Below are positions 11,011 to 19,638 of a stretch of DNA of 64,000 nucleotides, piece by piece; the stretch's first letter is position 1, and each line of letters starts with the position of its first letter. Source of the stretch: Gemmatimonadota bacterium (GTDB taxonomy: Bacteria > Gemmatimonadota > Gemmatimonadetes > Palauibacterales > Palauibacteraceae); NCBI GenBank assembly GCA_963666735.1, contig OY762926.1, positions 1,952,001 through 2,016,000 of the forward strand, written 5' to 3'. Below the pieces are notes generated by a model that was not told the DNA's origin, did not search any database, and saw only the letters and a program-made list of their open reading frames with translations. Made by a program: the position numbers and the translations under genes.

Positions 11011-11375
11011 GGCGCCGCAGGCAGCGGGCGAGGCCGCGAGAGGACGATCTCGAGTGCCGCCGCCGGGGCTGGCGGCAGCGACACGGTTACGCGGGCGAGC
11101 TTGAGCCGCGGCAGCGGCGCGGTCACGTCATGCGAGATGTCGAATCGACGTCCACCGATATCGACGGTACTCGTGTGGGAGACGGCGGCGGCATGCCCGG
11201 CTCGGACGAGCGACTCCACGGCGTTTCGTCCCGCGAGCGCGTGGTCCGTACCCCACTGCGCCCGTAGCGCCAGGGAACCGATCCCGAGCGCGACGCCCGC
11301 CGCTCCGAGGATCCCGATGGACGTGACGACGATGGCCAGCAGGACCTCGACCAGACTGAAGCCCGCAGTCTTCAA
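11007..11375 (-). CDS. Minor pilin, PilV-like
   Basis: AG|FSLVEVLLAIVVTSIGILG prepilin motif. Confidence 0.78.
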   Translation of the reverse strand: MKTAGFSLVEVLLAIVVTSIGILGAAGVALGIGSLALRAQWGTDHALAGRNAVESLVRAGHAAAVSHTSTVDIGGRRFDISHDVTAPLPRLKLARVTVSLPPAPAAALEIVLSRPRPLPAAP

Positions 11376-11851
11376 TGTTGAAAAGGTACCGCGCGAACCC
11401 GGCCCAGGAAGTTCGACACCAGCCGAACGCCGCGCTTGCCGCGGTACAGGTGGATGCTGCCGGGGGATCCGTGTCCCCTGGCGTTGAAACGGAGAGTGGA
11501 GGGCTGCAATCGCACCGAGTCGATCCGGCCGAGCGCGTGCCTCCCGAGATCGACGCGGGACAGCAACGACCCTCCGCGCCGCGATACTTCGAGATGGGTC
11601 CCCGCGAGCGTCACCGCAGTCGGCGCATGGGTCGCCACGGCGTGGAGACGTGCCAACGCGAGCTGCGACTCCGCCACCCGGGCGGCTCGGGTCAGACTGA
11701 AGCTGTCGAGGGGTCCGCGCGAGATGATGACAGTCGCGGCCAGCCCTGTGACCGCCAGCGCGACCGCGACTTCCACCAGACTGAACCCGTTCCGCCCTGT
11801 ACGCGATCCTGTGCGCGATCCATGAGATCCGCGTGATCCGCCTTGCTGCAC
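11372..11851 (-). CDS. Minor pilin, FimT/FimU/GspH-like
   Basis: NG|FSLVEVAVAL, LALARLHAV, LRFNARG, VSNFLGRVR; start uncertain. Confidence 0.75.
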   Translation of the reverse strand: MQQGGSRGSHGSRTGSRTGRNGFSLVEVAVALAVTGLAATVIISRGPLDSFSLTRAARVAESQLALARLHAVATHAPTAVTLAGTHLEVSRRGGSLLSRVDLGRHALGRIDSVRLQPSTLRFNARGHGSPGSIHLYRGKRGVRLVSNFLGRVRAVPFQH

Positions 11852-11923
11852 GGGGTGCTCCCTTTCTCGAATGAGGCGTTGCCGATTCTGTCCGTAAGTA
11901 TCGCTTCCCGTGTCAACGGCGCA

Positions 11924-12349
11924 TCAACAGCTGGTGGCCTCGATGATCTGCCCGACCACGCCCGAGGCGTTGGCGGCGGACGAATTGACGCACCACGTGT
12001 TCGGCGAGGATGCGTGTTTCGCCGTGATCTGGTAGCCGTCCGTGTACGCCGTCACGGCCAGCGAGATGTTCGTGCTGGCCTGGAAATCTCGAGTCCCGTC
12101 GCCATCGAGGTCCGCCCCTCCGCCGGCCGCCACGCTGACCGCGGCATAGGCCTGGCTGGTAAAGAAGTGCGCTTCCTCGGCCGTCATCATGTTGCGAATG
12201 TCGCTCTGCGCGGCGGCATCGAACGCCTTTTCCTTCGTACTCGTGAACTGCGGAATCGCGATGGCCGCCAAAATGCCGATGATGACGACCACGATCAGCA
12301 GTTCGATCAGCGTGAACCCCTCGGCACCACTCCTCGTCGTTCTTCTCAT
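11924..12349 (-). CDS. pilA: Type IVa major pilin
   Basis: EG|FTLIELLIVVVIIGILAAIAIPQF, C-terminal Cys pair; ATG at 12349 follows a purine-rich RBS. Confidence 0.9.
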   Translation of the reverse strand: MRRTTRSGAEGFTLIELLIVVVIIGILAAIAIPQFTSTKEKAFDAAAQSDIRNMMTAEEAHFFTSQAYAAVSVAAGGGADLDGDGTRDFQASTNISLAVTAYTDGYQITAKHASSPNTWCVNSSAANASGVVGQIIEATSC

Positions 12350-12459
12350 CCCTTTCCTCACTTCCGCCCGGGTTGGATCTTCGGCAGCACCTCCGGTGGG
12401 GGCTGCGCGAGCCGCGGCTCCCGGCGGCGCGCCGGCGACCGCGGACGGTTACCCTACAG

Positions 12460-12930
12460 TTAGTCATCGTCCAGCAACGGAGTATCAACGCCCCAGTCCG
12501 GAGGTTCATCGAAGCCCGAAGCCGCACGGATTCGGCCATGCCGCACCGACAGGGTCAGCGAATGCACACGTCCGGCACTGTCACGCAGCGGCCGGCGGAT
12601 ATCGTCGGTCCCGCCCGATGGCTCCAGAGGCTCCGGAGGCGGCAACCCCAGCGCGCGCAACGTCTCCGGCACGGTGTCGAAACCCCCCGCGAAGGCGGCC
12701 GTCCACGACCGGACGAGTGCCGGACCGCCGATCCGGTCAGGCCTGGCTCGCAGACGCAGCGTCCAGTTCGGAGCCTCGAAGCGCAGCCACCGGTCCTCCC
12801 CCGCCCGCCGGTCCGCCACCACGCGTCCGTACCGCTCGAAGGCCGCATCGACAGGCTGGCCGAGGAGGTCCCGCACGCAGGGAGCCGTCGCGCCGTGGAT
12901 GGCGTCTCCGTCGTTTGTGCTCGCGGACAT
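12460..12930 (-). CDS. Hypothetical protein between pilC and pilA
   Basis: Co-oriented ORF filling the gap (track 12460..13005); start uncertain, no recognisable motif. Confidence 0.55.
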   Translation of the reverse strand: MSASTNDGDAIHGATAPCVRDLLGQPVDAAFERYGRVVADRRAGEDRWLRFEAPNWTLRLRARPDRIGGPALVRSWTAAFAGGFDTVPETLRALGLPPPEPLEPSGGTDDIRRPLRDSAGRVHSLTLSVRHGRIRAASGFDEPPDWGVDTPLLDDD

Positions 12931-13001
12931 GCGGCAAGAAGAGGAATGGGGAGAAACCCCGCAAGCCGCGAGGCCCGCTTCCCGCGATATCGGCAGGGGC
13001 G

Positions 13002-14099
13002 TCACTGGATCGCGTTGATGAGTTCGAAGATCGGGAGGTACATGGCGATGATCATCCCGCCGACGAGACCTCCGAGGAACACGATCAGAACCGGCTCCAG
13101 TATCCTGAGCAGGCTCTCGGCGCCGGCATCGACTTCGTCGTCGTAGAAGTCGGCGATCCGGGCCAGCATCTCATCGAGATCGCCGGTCTCTTCTCCGACG
13201 TGGATCATTCGGGCCACCATGGGAGGGAAGGCCCGGGTCTCCTGCAGAGGCCGAGCGATGGAGTGACCCCGCTGGATCGCGGCCCGACTCGTCCGTATCG
13301 CGTCCTCGATGACCCGGTTCCCCGCCGTCCGCGCCGTGATCTCGAGCCCCTCGAGAATGGGGACCCCCGACGAGAGCAGCGTTCCCAAGGTCCGCGTGAC
13401 GCGGGACACCGCGGCTTTCCGGATCAGCGGGCCGAGAACCGGCAGCCTCAGCAGCATACGGTCGAGGCGCCGGCGGCCCGCATCCGTGGCGGCCCAGCGG
13501 CGCAGTATCAAGGCCGCGCCGACCACCACGGCGAGCAGCGCCCACCACCAGTTCTGGACGACCCTGGAGAAGCCGATGACCACGCGTGTCGGGAGCGGGA
13601 GCGTCGCATCGAAGCTCGCAAACACGGTTTCGAACGTCGGGATCACGAAGAGAAGGAGCGTCGCGACGACCGCGATGGCCACCGCGAGCACGACGCCGGG
13701 GTAGAGCATGGCGCCATTCACCTTGCGACGGATCTGTTCGCTCTTCTCGAGGAAGGTGGCGAGGCGGTCGAGAATCCCGTCCAACCTGCTCCCCGACTCG
13801 CCCGCGTGGACCATGTTGACGTAGAGCTGCGTGAAGACGCGGGGGTGCCGTTCGAGCGCGCCGGCCAGCGTGTGCCCGGCCTCGACATCGCGAAGCGTGT
13901 CGCGGGCGACGTCCCGAAGCGCGGAGTTCTCCGCCTGGAGCGCGAGGGTCTCGAGCGTCCGGGTGAGCGGCAACCCGGCGCCGATCATCACCGAGAACTG
14001 CCGTGTGAACAACACGAGATCACGGGTCTTCACGCGTGCCGAAGGTGCGAGGATCCGGCGCCGCACGCGGCGGCCCATGTTCGCCGCGAAAGACGTCAC
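13002..14099 (-). CDS. pilC: Type IV pilus platform protein PilC (GspF family)
   Basis: FTRQFSVMIGAGLPL, AGESGSRLD, AMLYP, LLSSGVPILEGL, VGEETGDLDEML, AMYLPIF. Confidence 0.93.
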   Translation of the reverse strand: MTSFAANMGRRVRRRILAPSARVKTRDLVLFTRQFSVMIGAGLPLTRTLETLALQAENSALRDVARDTLRDVEAGHTLAGALERHPRVFTQLYVNMVHAGESGSRLDGILDRLATFLEKSEQIRRKVNGAMLYPGVVLAVAIAVVATLLLFVIPTFETVFASFDATLPLPTRVVIGFSRVVQNWWWALLAVVVGAALILRRWAATDAGRRRLDRMLLRLPVLGPLIRKAAVSRVTRTLGTLLSSGVPILEGLEITARTAGNRVIEDAIRTSRAAIQRGHSIARPLQETRAFPPMVARMIHVGEETGDLDEMLARIADFYDDEVDAGAESLLRILEPVLIVFLGGLVGGMIIAMYLPIFELINAIQ

Positions 14100-14205
14100 A
14101 GGCTCTCCATCGGGAGAGAGGTGAACCGACCGCCAGCCCCCACATCATCCACCCCGCGCCATCGCCGGCGGCCGGTCGCTACCGCTCTCCTCACGTCGAC
14201 TTGCT

Positions 14206-15294
14206 TCACCGCGCGGACCCATCCTGCGAGGACGCACTCGTCATGCGACGGAATTCGGCGGGGTCGGAGGCGATCCTGAGGCATTCCTCGAAGTCCACCT
14301 GCCGCCGGACATAGAGCTGGTGGAGCGCATCGTTGAGCGTCCGCATGCCGAACCTGCGCGCGGCCTGCATCGCGGAATGGATCTGATGGACCTTCGCCTC
14401 ACGGATCAGAGCCCGGACCGCGGGCGTCGCGACCAGAATCTCGCAGGCGACGACGCGTCCGCCGCCCTGCGCCCGGCGAAGGAGCGTCTGGGTGATGACG
14501 CCCTCGAAGACGTGGGCGAATTGCGCCCGCACCTGCTCCTGTCCGTGGGCCGGGAAGGCATCGATGATCCGGTGGATGGACTCCGCGGCCGAACGCGTAT
14601 GCAGCGTGCCGAGCGCGAGGTGTCCGGTCTCAGCGATCGTTAGCGCGGCCTGAATCGTCTCGGGATCCCGCAGCTCGCCGATGAGGATCACGTCAGGATC
14701 CTGGCGGAGGGCATAGCGAAGGGCGCTGGCGAAGCTGGGCGTGTCCTGCCCGATCTCGCGCTGGTTCACGATGCAGCGTTTGTGCGGATGGACGAATTCG
14801 ATCGGATCCTCGATCGTCACGATGTGGCCCGCGCGGGCCGTGTTGATGCGGTCCACCATCGCCGCGAGCGTCGTCGACTTGCCCGATCCGGTGGGCCCCG
14901 TCACCAGCACGAGCCCGCGCGGTTTGTCCGCCAGCCGCCCGACGATCGATGGTACGCCGATTTCGCGCAGGCTCGGGATCTCGACCGGCACCCGGCGGAT
15001 GGCGCACGCCACGCTCCCGCGCTGCCGGAACAGGTTCGCGCGGAAGCGGGAGAGGCCGGGGATCTCGAAGCCGAAATCGAAGTCGGGCTCGCCCGCGAAA
15101 CGCGCGCGCTGGTCGTTCGAGAGCATCGAACGGGCGAGAGCCGCCGTGTCCTCCGGATCCAGCACGCCTTCGTCGCGGCTGTCCGTGAGGTCGCCGTCGA
15201 TCCGGAGCTTCGCGCGTTCGCCCGCCGTAAGGTGCAGATCGGATGCGCCCCGTTCGACCATCTCGCTCAGCAGCTCAACCAGATGTGCGTCCAT
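14206..15294 (-). CDS. pilT: Retraction ATPase PilT
   Basis: ASDLHL, GPTGSGKSTT, TIEDPIE, ALRQDPDVILIGELRD, AETGH, AVRALIRE (AIRNLIRE-like). Confidence 0.95.
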   Translation of the reverse strand: MDAHLVELLSEMVERGASDLHLTAGERAKLRIDGDLTDSRDEGVLDPEDTAALARSMLSNDQRARFAGEPDFDFGFEIPGLSRFRANLFRQRGSVACAIRRVPVEIPSLREIGVPSIVGRLADKPRGLVLVTGPTGSGKSTTLAAMVDRINTARAGHIVTIEDPIEFVHPHKRCIVNQREIGQDTPSFASALRYALRQDPDVILIGELRDPETIQAALTIAETGHLALGTLHTRSAAESIHRIIDAFPAHGQEQVRAQFAHVFEGVITQTLLRRAQGGGRVVACEILVATPAVRALIREAKVHQIHSAMQAARRFGMRTLNDALHQLYVRRQVDFEECLRIASDPAEFRRMTSASSQDGSAR

Positions 15295-15304
15295 GCGGCC
15301 CGGC

Positions 15305-16831
15305 CTACGCCGGCGTCTCCCTGAGCACATCTTCGAGGGTCGCGATCCCCCGTCTCACCTTGGCGAACCCGTCCTGCCGCAGGGTGATCATCCCCTCGCC
15401 GACCGCGTGGCGCTCGATCTCTTCCGAGGATGCGCCCGCCAGGACCAGCCGGCGGATCGCGGGCGACATCGGAAGGACCTCGTACAGACCCTGGCGGCCC
15501 GAGTACCCCGACCCGCCGCACGAATCGCAGCCCGCGCCGCGGTAGAAGGCGCTCCCGCCGCGCCCACCCGCCTCCAGTCCGACCGACTGCAGGATCTCGG
15601 GTGCGTAGTCCGTCTCGGTTCGACAGTCGGGGCAGATGCGGCCGATGAGCCGCTGGGCGGTGATCACCTTGACGGCGACGGCGACGTTGAACGCCTCGAC
15701 CCCCATGTCCACCAGACGCGTCGGCGTCGAGGCGGCGTCATTGGTGTGGAGCGTGGAGAGCACGAGATGGCCGGTGAGCGCCGCCTTCACGGCGATCCCG
15801 CCCGTCTCGCGGTCGCGGATCTCGCCCACCATGAGGATGTTCGGATCCTGCCGCAGGAAGGCGCGAAGCGTCGTGGCGAAGGTAAGGCCGATCTTCGGGC
15901 GAATCTGGACCTGGTTGATGCCGTCGATGCTGTACTCGACCGGATCCTCGGCGGTCATGATGTTCGCCTCCGGCGTGTTGAGTCTCGCGAGCGCGCTATA
16001 GAGCGTCGTGGTCTTCCCGGATCCCGTGGGACCCGTGACCAGGACCATGCCCGATGTCTGTGAGATCGCGCCGAGCAGCGCGCGTTCCGCGCGTGCCTCC
16101 ATCCCGAAGGATTCGAGGTCGAAGGCCTGCCGCTCCCTGTCGAGGATTCGGAGGACGAGTTTCTCGCCGAACAGCGTGGGAAGCGTCGAGACGCGGAAGT
16201 CGATGACTCGGTCGGCGACCGGCATGCGGATCCGGCCGTCCTGGGGTATCCGGCGTTCCGCGATGTTCAGGTCCGCCAGGATCTTGAGGCGAGACGTCAG
16301 GGCCGCGGCCATCTGAAAGGGCGGACGCATGATCTCGCGCAGCCTCCCATCCAGGCGATAGCGGACGCGCAGTTCACTCTCGTACGGCTCGACGTGAACG
16401 TCCGAGGCGCCGCGATGTACCGCATCGCCGAGGATGTCGTTGATGAGCCGGACGGCCGGCTCCTCACCCGCTTCGACCGAGCCGGCCTCGGCGGGCGATG
16501 CCTCGGCCACCTCCCTCGCGCGCCGTTTCTCGCGTGTCGCGCCGGCCCCGTAGCTCCGGTCGATCCGTTGGCGAAGCGTGCGTTCTCCGACCCTGACGGC
16601 CTCGACCTCGAACTGGGTGAGGAAGGCCAGATCGTCGATGAGCGCCGCATCGGACGGATCGGCCATCGCGACCGAAAGCGTCCGGCCCGCACGCCGCAGC
16701 GGGAGTACGAGATGCCGGCGCGCGAATTCCGCCGGGATGAGACGAAGGGCGTTCGGATCCGAGGCCAGGCGCCTGTGCGTCGGGGCCGGGGTATCCGGGG
16801 CCGGCGAAGGAATCACGGCGCGCTCGCGCAT
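15305..16831 (-). CDS. pilB: Extension ATPase PilB
   Basis: ASDVHVEP, PQDGR, GPTGSGKTTTLY, TAEDPVE, FLRQDPN, TGHLVLSTLHTN, Cys4 site CPDC..CDSC. Confidence 0.93.
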   Translation of the reverse strand: MRERAVIPSPAPDTPAPTHRRLASDPNALRLIPAEFARRHLVLPLRRAGRTLSVAMADPSDAALIDDLAFLTQFEVEAVRVGERTLRQRIDRSYGAGATREKRRAREVAEASPAEAGSVEAGEEPAVRLINDILGDAVHRGASDVHVEPYESELRVRYRLDGRLREIMRPPFQMAAALTSRLKILADLNIAERRIPQDGRIRMPVADRVIDFRVSTLPTLFGEKLVLRILDRERQAFDLESFGMEARAERALLGAISQTSGMVLVTGPTGSGKTTTLYSALARLNTPEANIMTAEDPVEYSIDGINQVQIRPKIGLTFATTLRAFLRQDPNILMVGEIRDRETGGIAVKAALTGHLVLSTLHTNDAASTPTRLVDMGVEAFNVAVAVKVITAQRLIGRICPDCRTETDYAPEILQSVGLEAGGRGGSAFYRGAGCDSCGGSGYSGRQGLYEVLPMSPAIRRLVLAGASSEEIERHAVGEGMITLRQDGFAKVRRGIATLEDVLRETPA

Positions 16832-17490
16832 ACCCGTTCCCGGAAGCGCGCGAGGGAGCGCGCCCCGATGCCTCGGACGCGGGTGATGGCTTCGGGGGTT
16901 TCGAACGGCCCGTTCGCGCTTCGGTCCTCAATGATACGGGTCGCGAGAGCGGGTCCGATGCCGGACAGGCTCTCGAGTTGTTCGCGATCGGCCCGATTGA
17001 GATCGATCCGCGCGCCTCCGGGCGGACAGCCCGTCAACGTCAACGTCGGCCTGGCGGGAGCGGAGCCCGAACGGGGCACCGCGGGCTCGAAGCGGAGATA
17101 CGGCGCGAGTCGGCGCGCGGTGACCTCCCCCACGCCGCCTACCCGCTCCAAGTCGGCCGCGCTGCGGAAGGAAGCACGGTCCCGCTCCTCGATGAGAGCC
17201 GCCGCCAAGCTCGGACCGACGCCGGGCAGACGGCGCAACTCGTCGGCCGGAACACGGTTCACATCGATCTGCTCGCCGTCGGCGAGCGGGGTCTGCGCCC
17301 GCTGCTCCCGGGTCAGGGCCGCGACGACCTCGCCCTCGATGCCCTCCAGATCCGTCGCGGGATCGATCTCCCCGAGACCCTCCACCCGGCCGGGGTCCGG
17401 CGCGAGGAGGGTGCGCGTCACGAGACTCACCCCCACGAGCACGAGCGCGGCGCCCAGCGCCTTGCGTTCCGCACGATTCAGATCCCACAC
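16813..17490 (-). CDS. comEA: ComEA-family DNA receptor with two HhH domains
   Basis: N-terminal TM; IDVNR..ELRRLPGVGP..LERVGGVG and IDLNRA..LESLSGIGP..ITRVRGIG. Confidence 0.85.
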   Translation of the reverse strand: MWDLNRAERKALGAALVLVGVSLVTRTLLAPDPGRVEGLGEIDPATDLEGIEGEVVAALTREQRAQTPLADGEQIDVNRVPADELRRLPGVGPSLAAALIEERDRASFRSAADLERVGGVGEVTARRLAPYLRFEPAVPRSGSAPARPTLTLTGCPPGGARIDLNRADREQLESLSGIGPALATRIIEDRSANGPFETPEAITRVRGIGARSLARFRERVCASAP

Positions 17491-17570
17491 CCCGCACCTC
17501 CCCCTGTATCAGGACCGATTCCTGCACGAGGATCGGGAAGCGGATCAACCGGGCGTCAAACGGTCATGCG

Positions 17571-18251
17571 TCAGAAGATGAAGGTGATCTCGGCCCAGCC
17601 GTCGACCGGGTTCCCGTGGCGCAGCGCGGGCCGGTATTCCCACGCCCGCACCTGGCGCATGATGTCGCGGTTGAAGTCCTCGTCCGGGGTCGGGGGATCC
17701 AGTTCGACGAGGCCGGGACGCCCGGTGGCGTCGACGAAGACGCGCACCGTCACTTCCATGCCGCGGACGGAGCCGGGGGGATCCCAGTGCGGCACGACGG
17801 ATCTCGGCGAGGGCGACACGTACCCGTCGCCCTCGCCCCCGCTCGCCCCATCGTCCCCGAGACCGGTCCCCGCCCCGCTCCCGGCCGAGGGCGCCGGCGC
17901 GCCGACGGGGAGCAGTTCGGAGGACACATCTATCTCTGCTTCCCGGACCTCGATGTCGGGCATGTCGACGGCGAGGACGGGCCGCGGAGGCGGCGGAATC
18001 TCGATCCTCCGGGGCATGGAAACCCGCAGCGCCTGCATACCGCCCCCGCCGGCGGGGAGATCCGGATCCGCGCCGGGCCGGGCCGCCCGCTCCAACTCCG
18101 GCGCCGGGCGCACCCACGCGAGGAGCAGGAACGCGTGCAGGAGCGCGGAGGCGAGCATCCCGCCCCACCACACCGCCCGTTCCCGGGCGCGGGAGCGCGA
18201 TGACGCGACCCCGAATCGCCAATCCGGCCGTTTCCTTGTCGTCGTGCGCAC
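17571..18251 (-). CDS. TonB C-terminal domain protein
   Basis: TM with SALLH, Pro/Gly-rich linker, VTVRVFVDATG..WEYRPALRHGNPV..ITFIF; start approximate. Confidence 0.72.
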   Translation of the reverse strand: MRTTTRKRPDWRFGVASSRSRARERAVWWGGMLASALLHAFLLLAWVRPAPELERAARPGADPDLPAGGGGMQALRVSMPRRIEIPPPPRPVLAVDMPDIEVREAEIDVSSELLPVGAPAPSAGSGAGTGLGDDGASGGEGDGYVSPSPRSVVPHWDPPGSVRGMEVTVRVFVDATGRPGLVELDPPTPDEDFNRDIMRQVRAWEYRPALRHGNPVDGWAEITFIF

Positions 18252-18396
18252 AGGTCCGATCCGACTCCAAAAGGGTGATGAAGCATCGTACGGCGGGCCG
18301 CCATTGCAGGTTCCCGGAGCTTGCCGCCCGGTCAGGCCCTCCGGCACATTGTGCGCCACCCGACACGTCTCCATCCAGGAGCCATCTTCCGTCTCC

Positions 18397-19428
18397 ATGA
18401 AAGCGATCCGCAAACCCGGGGCGGCCCCCGGCCTCGTGCTGTGCGACGCGCCGGTGCCCGAGATTCGCTCCCGCGACGTGCTCATCAAGGTGCGGCGGGC
18501 GGGGATCTGCGGCACGGATCTGCACATCCGGCAGTGGGACCGCTGGTCGCGGCATCGCGTGAATCCGCCCGTCACCCTCGGCCACGAATTCATGGGAGAA
18601 GTCGTCGAGACCGGACGGCTGGTGCGGAACGTCGAGGTCGGCGACCGCGTGTCGGCGGAAGGGCACCTGGTCTGCGGACACTGCGAATACTGCGGCACCG
18701 AGCAGGCGCACGTGTGCCGGGACACCCGGATCATCGGCATCGACCGGGACGGCGCGTTCGCGGAGTACGTCTCCATTCCGGCGGCGAACATCATCCACAT
18801 CCCCGATTCCATCCACGACGATCTGGCGGCGGTATTCGATCCGCTCGGCAACGCTTTCCACACGGTTTTGCACACGGAGGTGGCGGGACGGGTCGTCGCC
18901 GTGGTCGGATGCGGCCCGATAGGCCTGTTCGCCGTCGGGATCGCGCGCGCGGCGGGCGCTTCGAGGGTCATCGCGGTCGAGCCGCACGCGGGACGGCGGA
19001 AACTCGCGGCGCGGATGGGTGCGCACGACGGCCTCGACCCGGCGGACGGGGACGTGGAGGCGCGGATCGCCGACCTCACGCACGGCTACGGGGCCCACGT
19101 GGTGTGCGAGATGAGCGGACACCCCGAGGGCGTGCGCTCCGCGTTCCGCATCTGCCGAAACGGCGGCCACGTCCGGCTGCTGGGACTTCCCAAGGACAAG
19201 GCGGAGGTCAATCTGGCGCGCGACGTGATCTTCAAGGGTCTCCACGTGTACGGCGTGGTGGGGCGGCTCATGTACCGGACGTGGATCGAGATGCGGGATT
19301 TCCTGGCGTCGGGACGCCTCGACATCGAGCCGGTGATCACGCACAGGCTCCCGTTCGACCGCTTCGAGGAAGGGTTCGACGCCATGCATTCCGGCGAGGC
19401 GGCGAAGGTCGTCCTCGCGCTGGACTAG
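18397..19428 (+). CDS. tdh: L-threonine 3-dehydrogenase
   Basis: MKAIRK, GICGTDLHI, GHEF, GDRVSAEGHLVCGHCEYC, DPLGNAFHT, GCGPIG, ITHR. Confidence 0.95.
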   Translation: MKAIRKPGAAPGLVLCDAPVPEIRSRDVLIKVRRAGICGTDLHIRQWDRWSRHRVNPPVTLGHEFMGEVVETGRLVRNVEVGDRVSAEGHLVCGHCEYCGTEQAHVCRDTRIIGIDRDGAFAEYVSIPAANIIHIPDSIHDDLAAVFDPLGNAFHTVLHTEVAGRVVAVVGCGPIGLFAVGIARAAGASRVIAVEPHAGRRKLAARMGAHDGLDPADGDVEARIADLTHGYGAHVVCEMSGHPEGVRSAFRICRNGGHVRLLGLPKDKAEVNLARDVIFKGLHVYGVVGRLMYRTWIEMRDFLASGRLDIEPVITHRLPFDRFEEGFDAMHSGEAAKVVLALD

Positions 19429-19638
19429 GCGCCAGACTCGTCACGCCGCTCATGAAGGGGGTCGTGGCCAGGGCGATCGCAGCGGATTTCCATGCCGTGA
19501 AGGCCTACCACGAGGCGGTCGGATTCATTGTCACGATTCACACCCCCAAGGCGTTCCCAAGGCAGCTATCAGGTTGAAGCCGGACGCTGGAACGGCACAC
19601 CTTGTTCCAGTGTTGAAACTCATGCGGAACGGTGCCCA

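Noticed and set aside
14096..14284. 62-aa ORF between pilT and pilC
   Set aside because: Overlaps pilT, has no motif and does not resemble a PilC N-terminus.
16978..19428. Apparent 816-aa Tdh fusion and 502-aa TonB ORF
   Set aside because: The extensions are antisense read-through of neighbouring genes; real starts are near 18397 and 18251.
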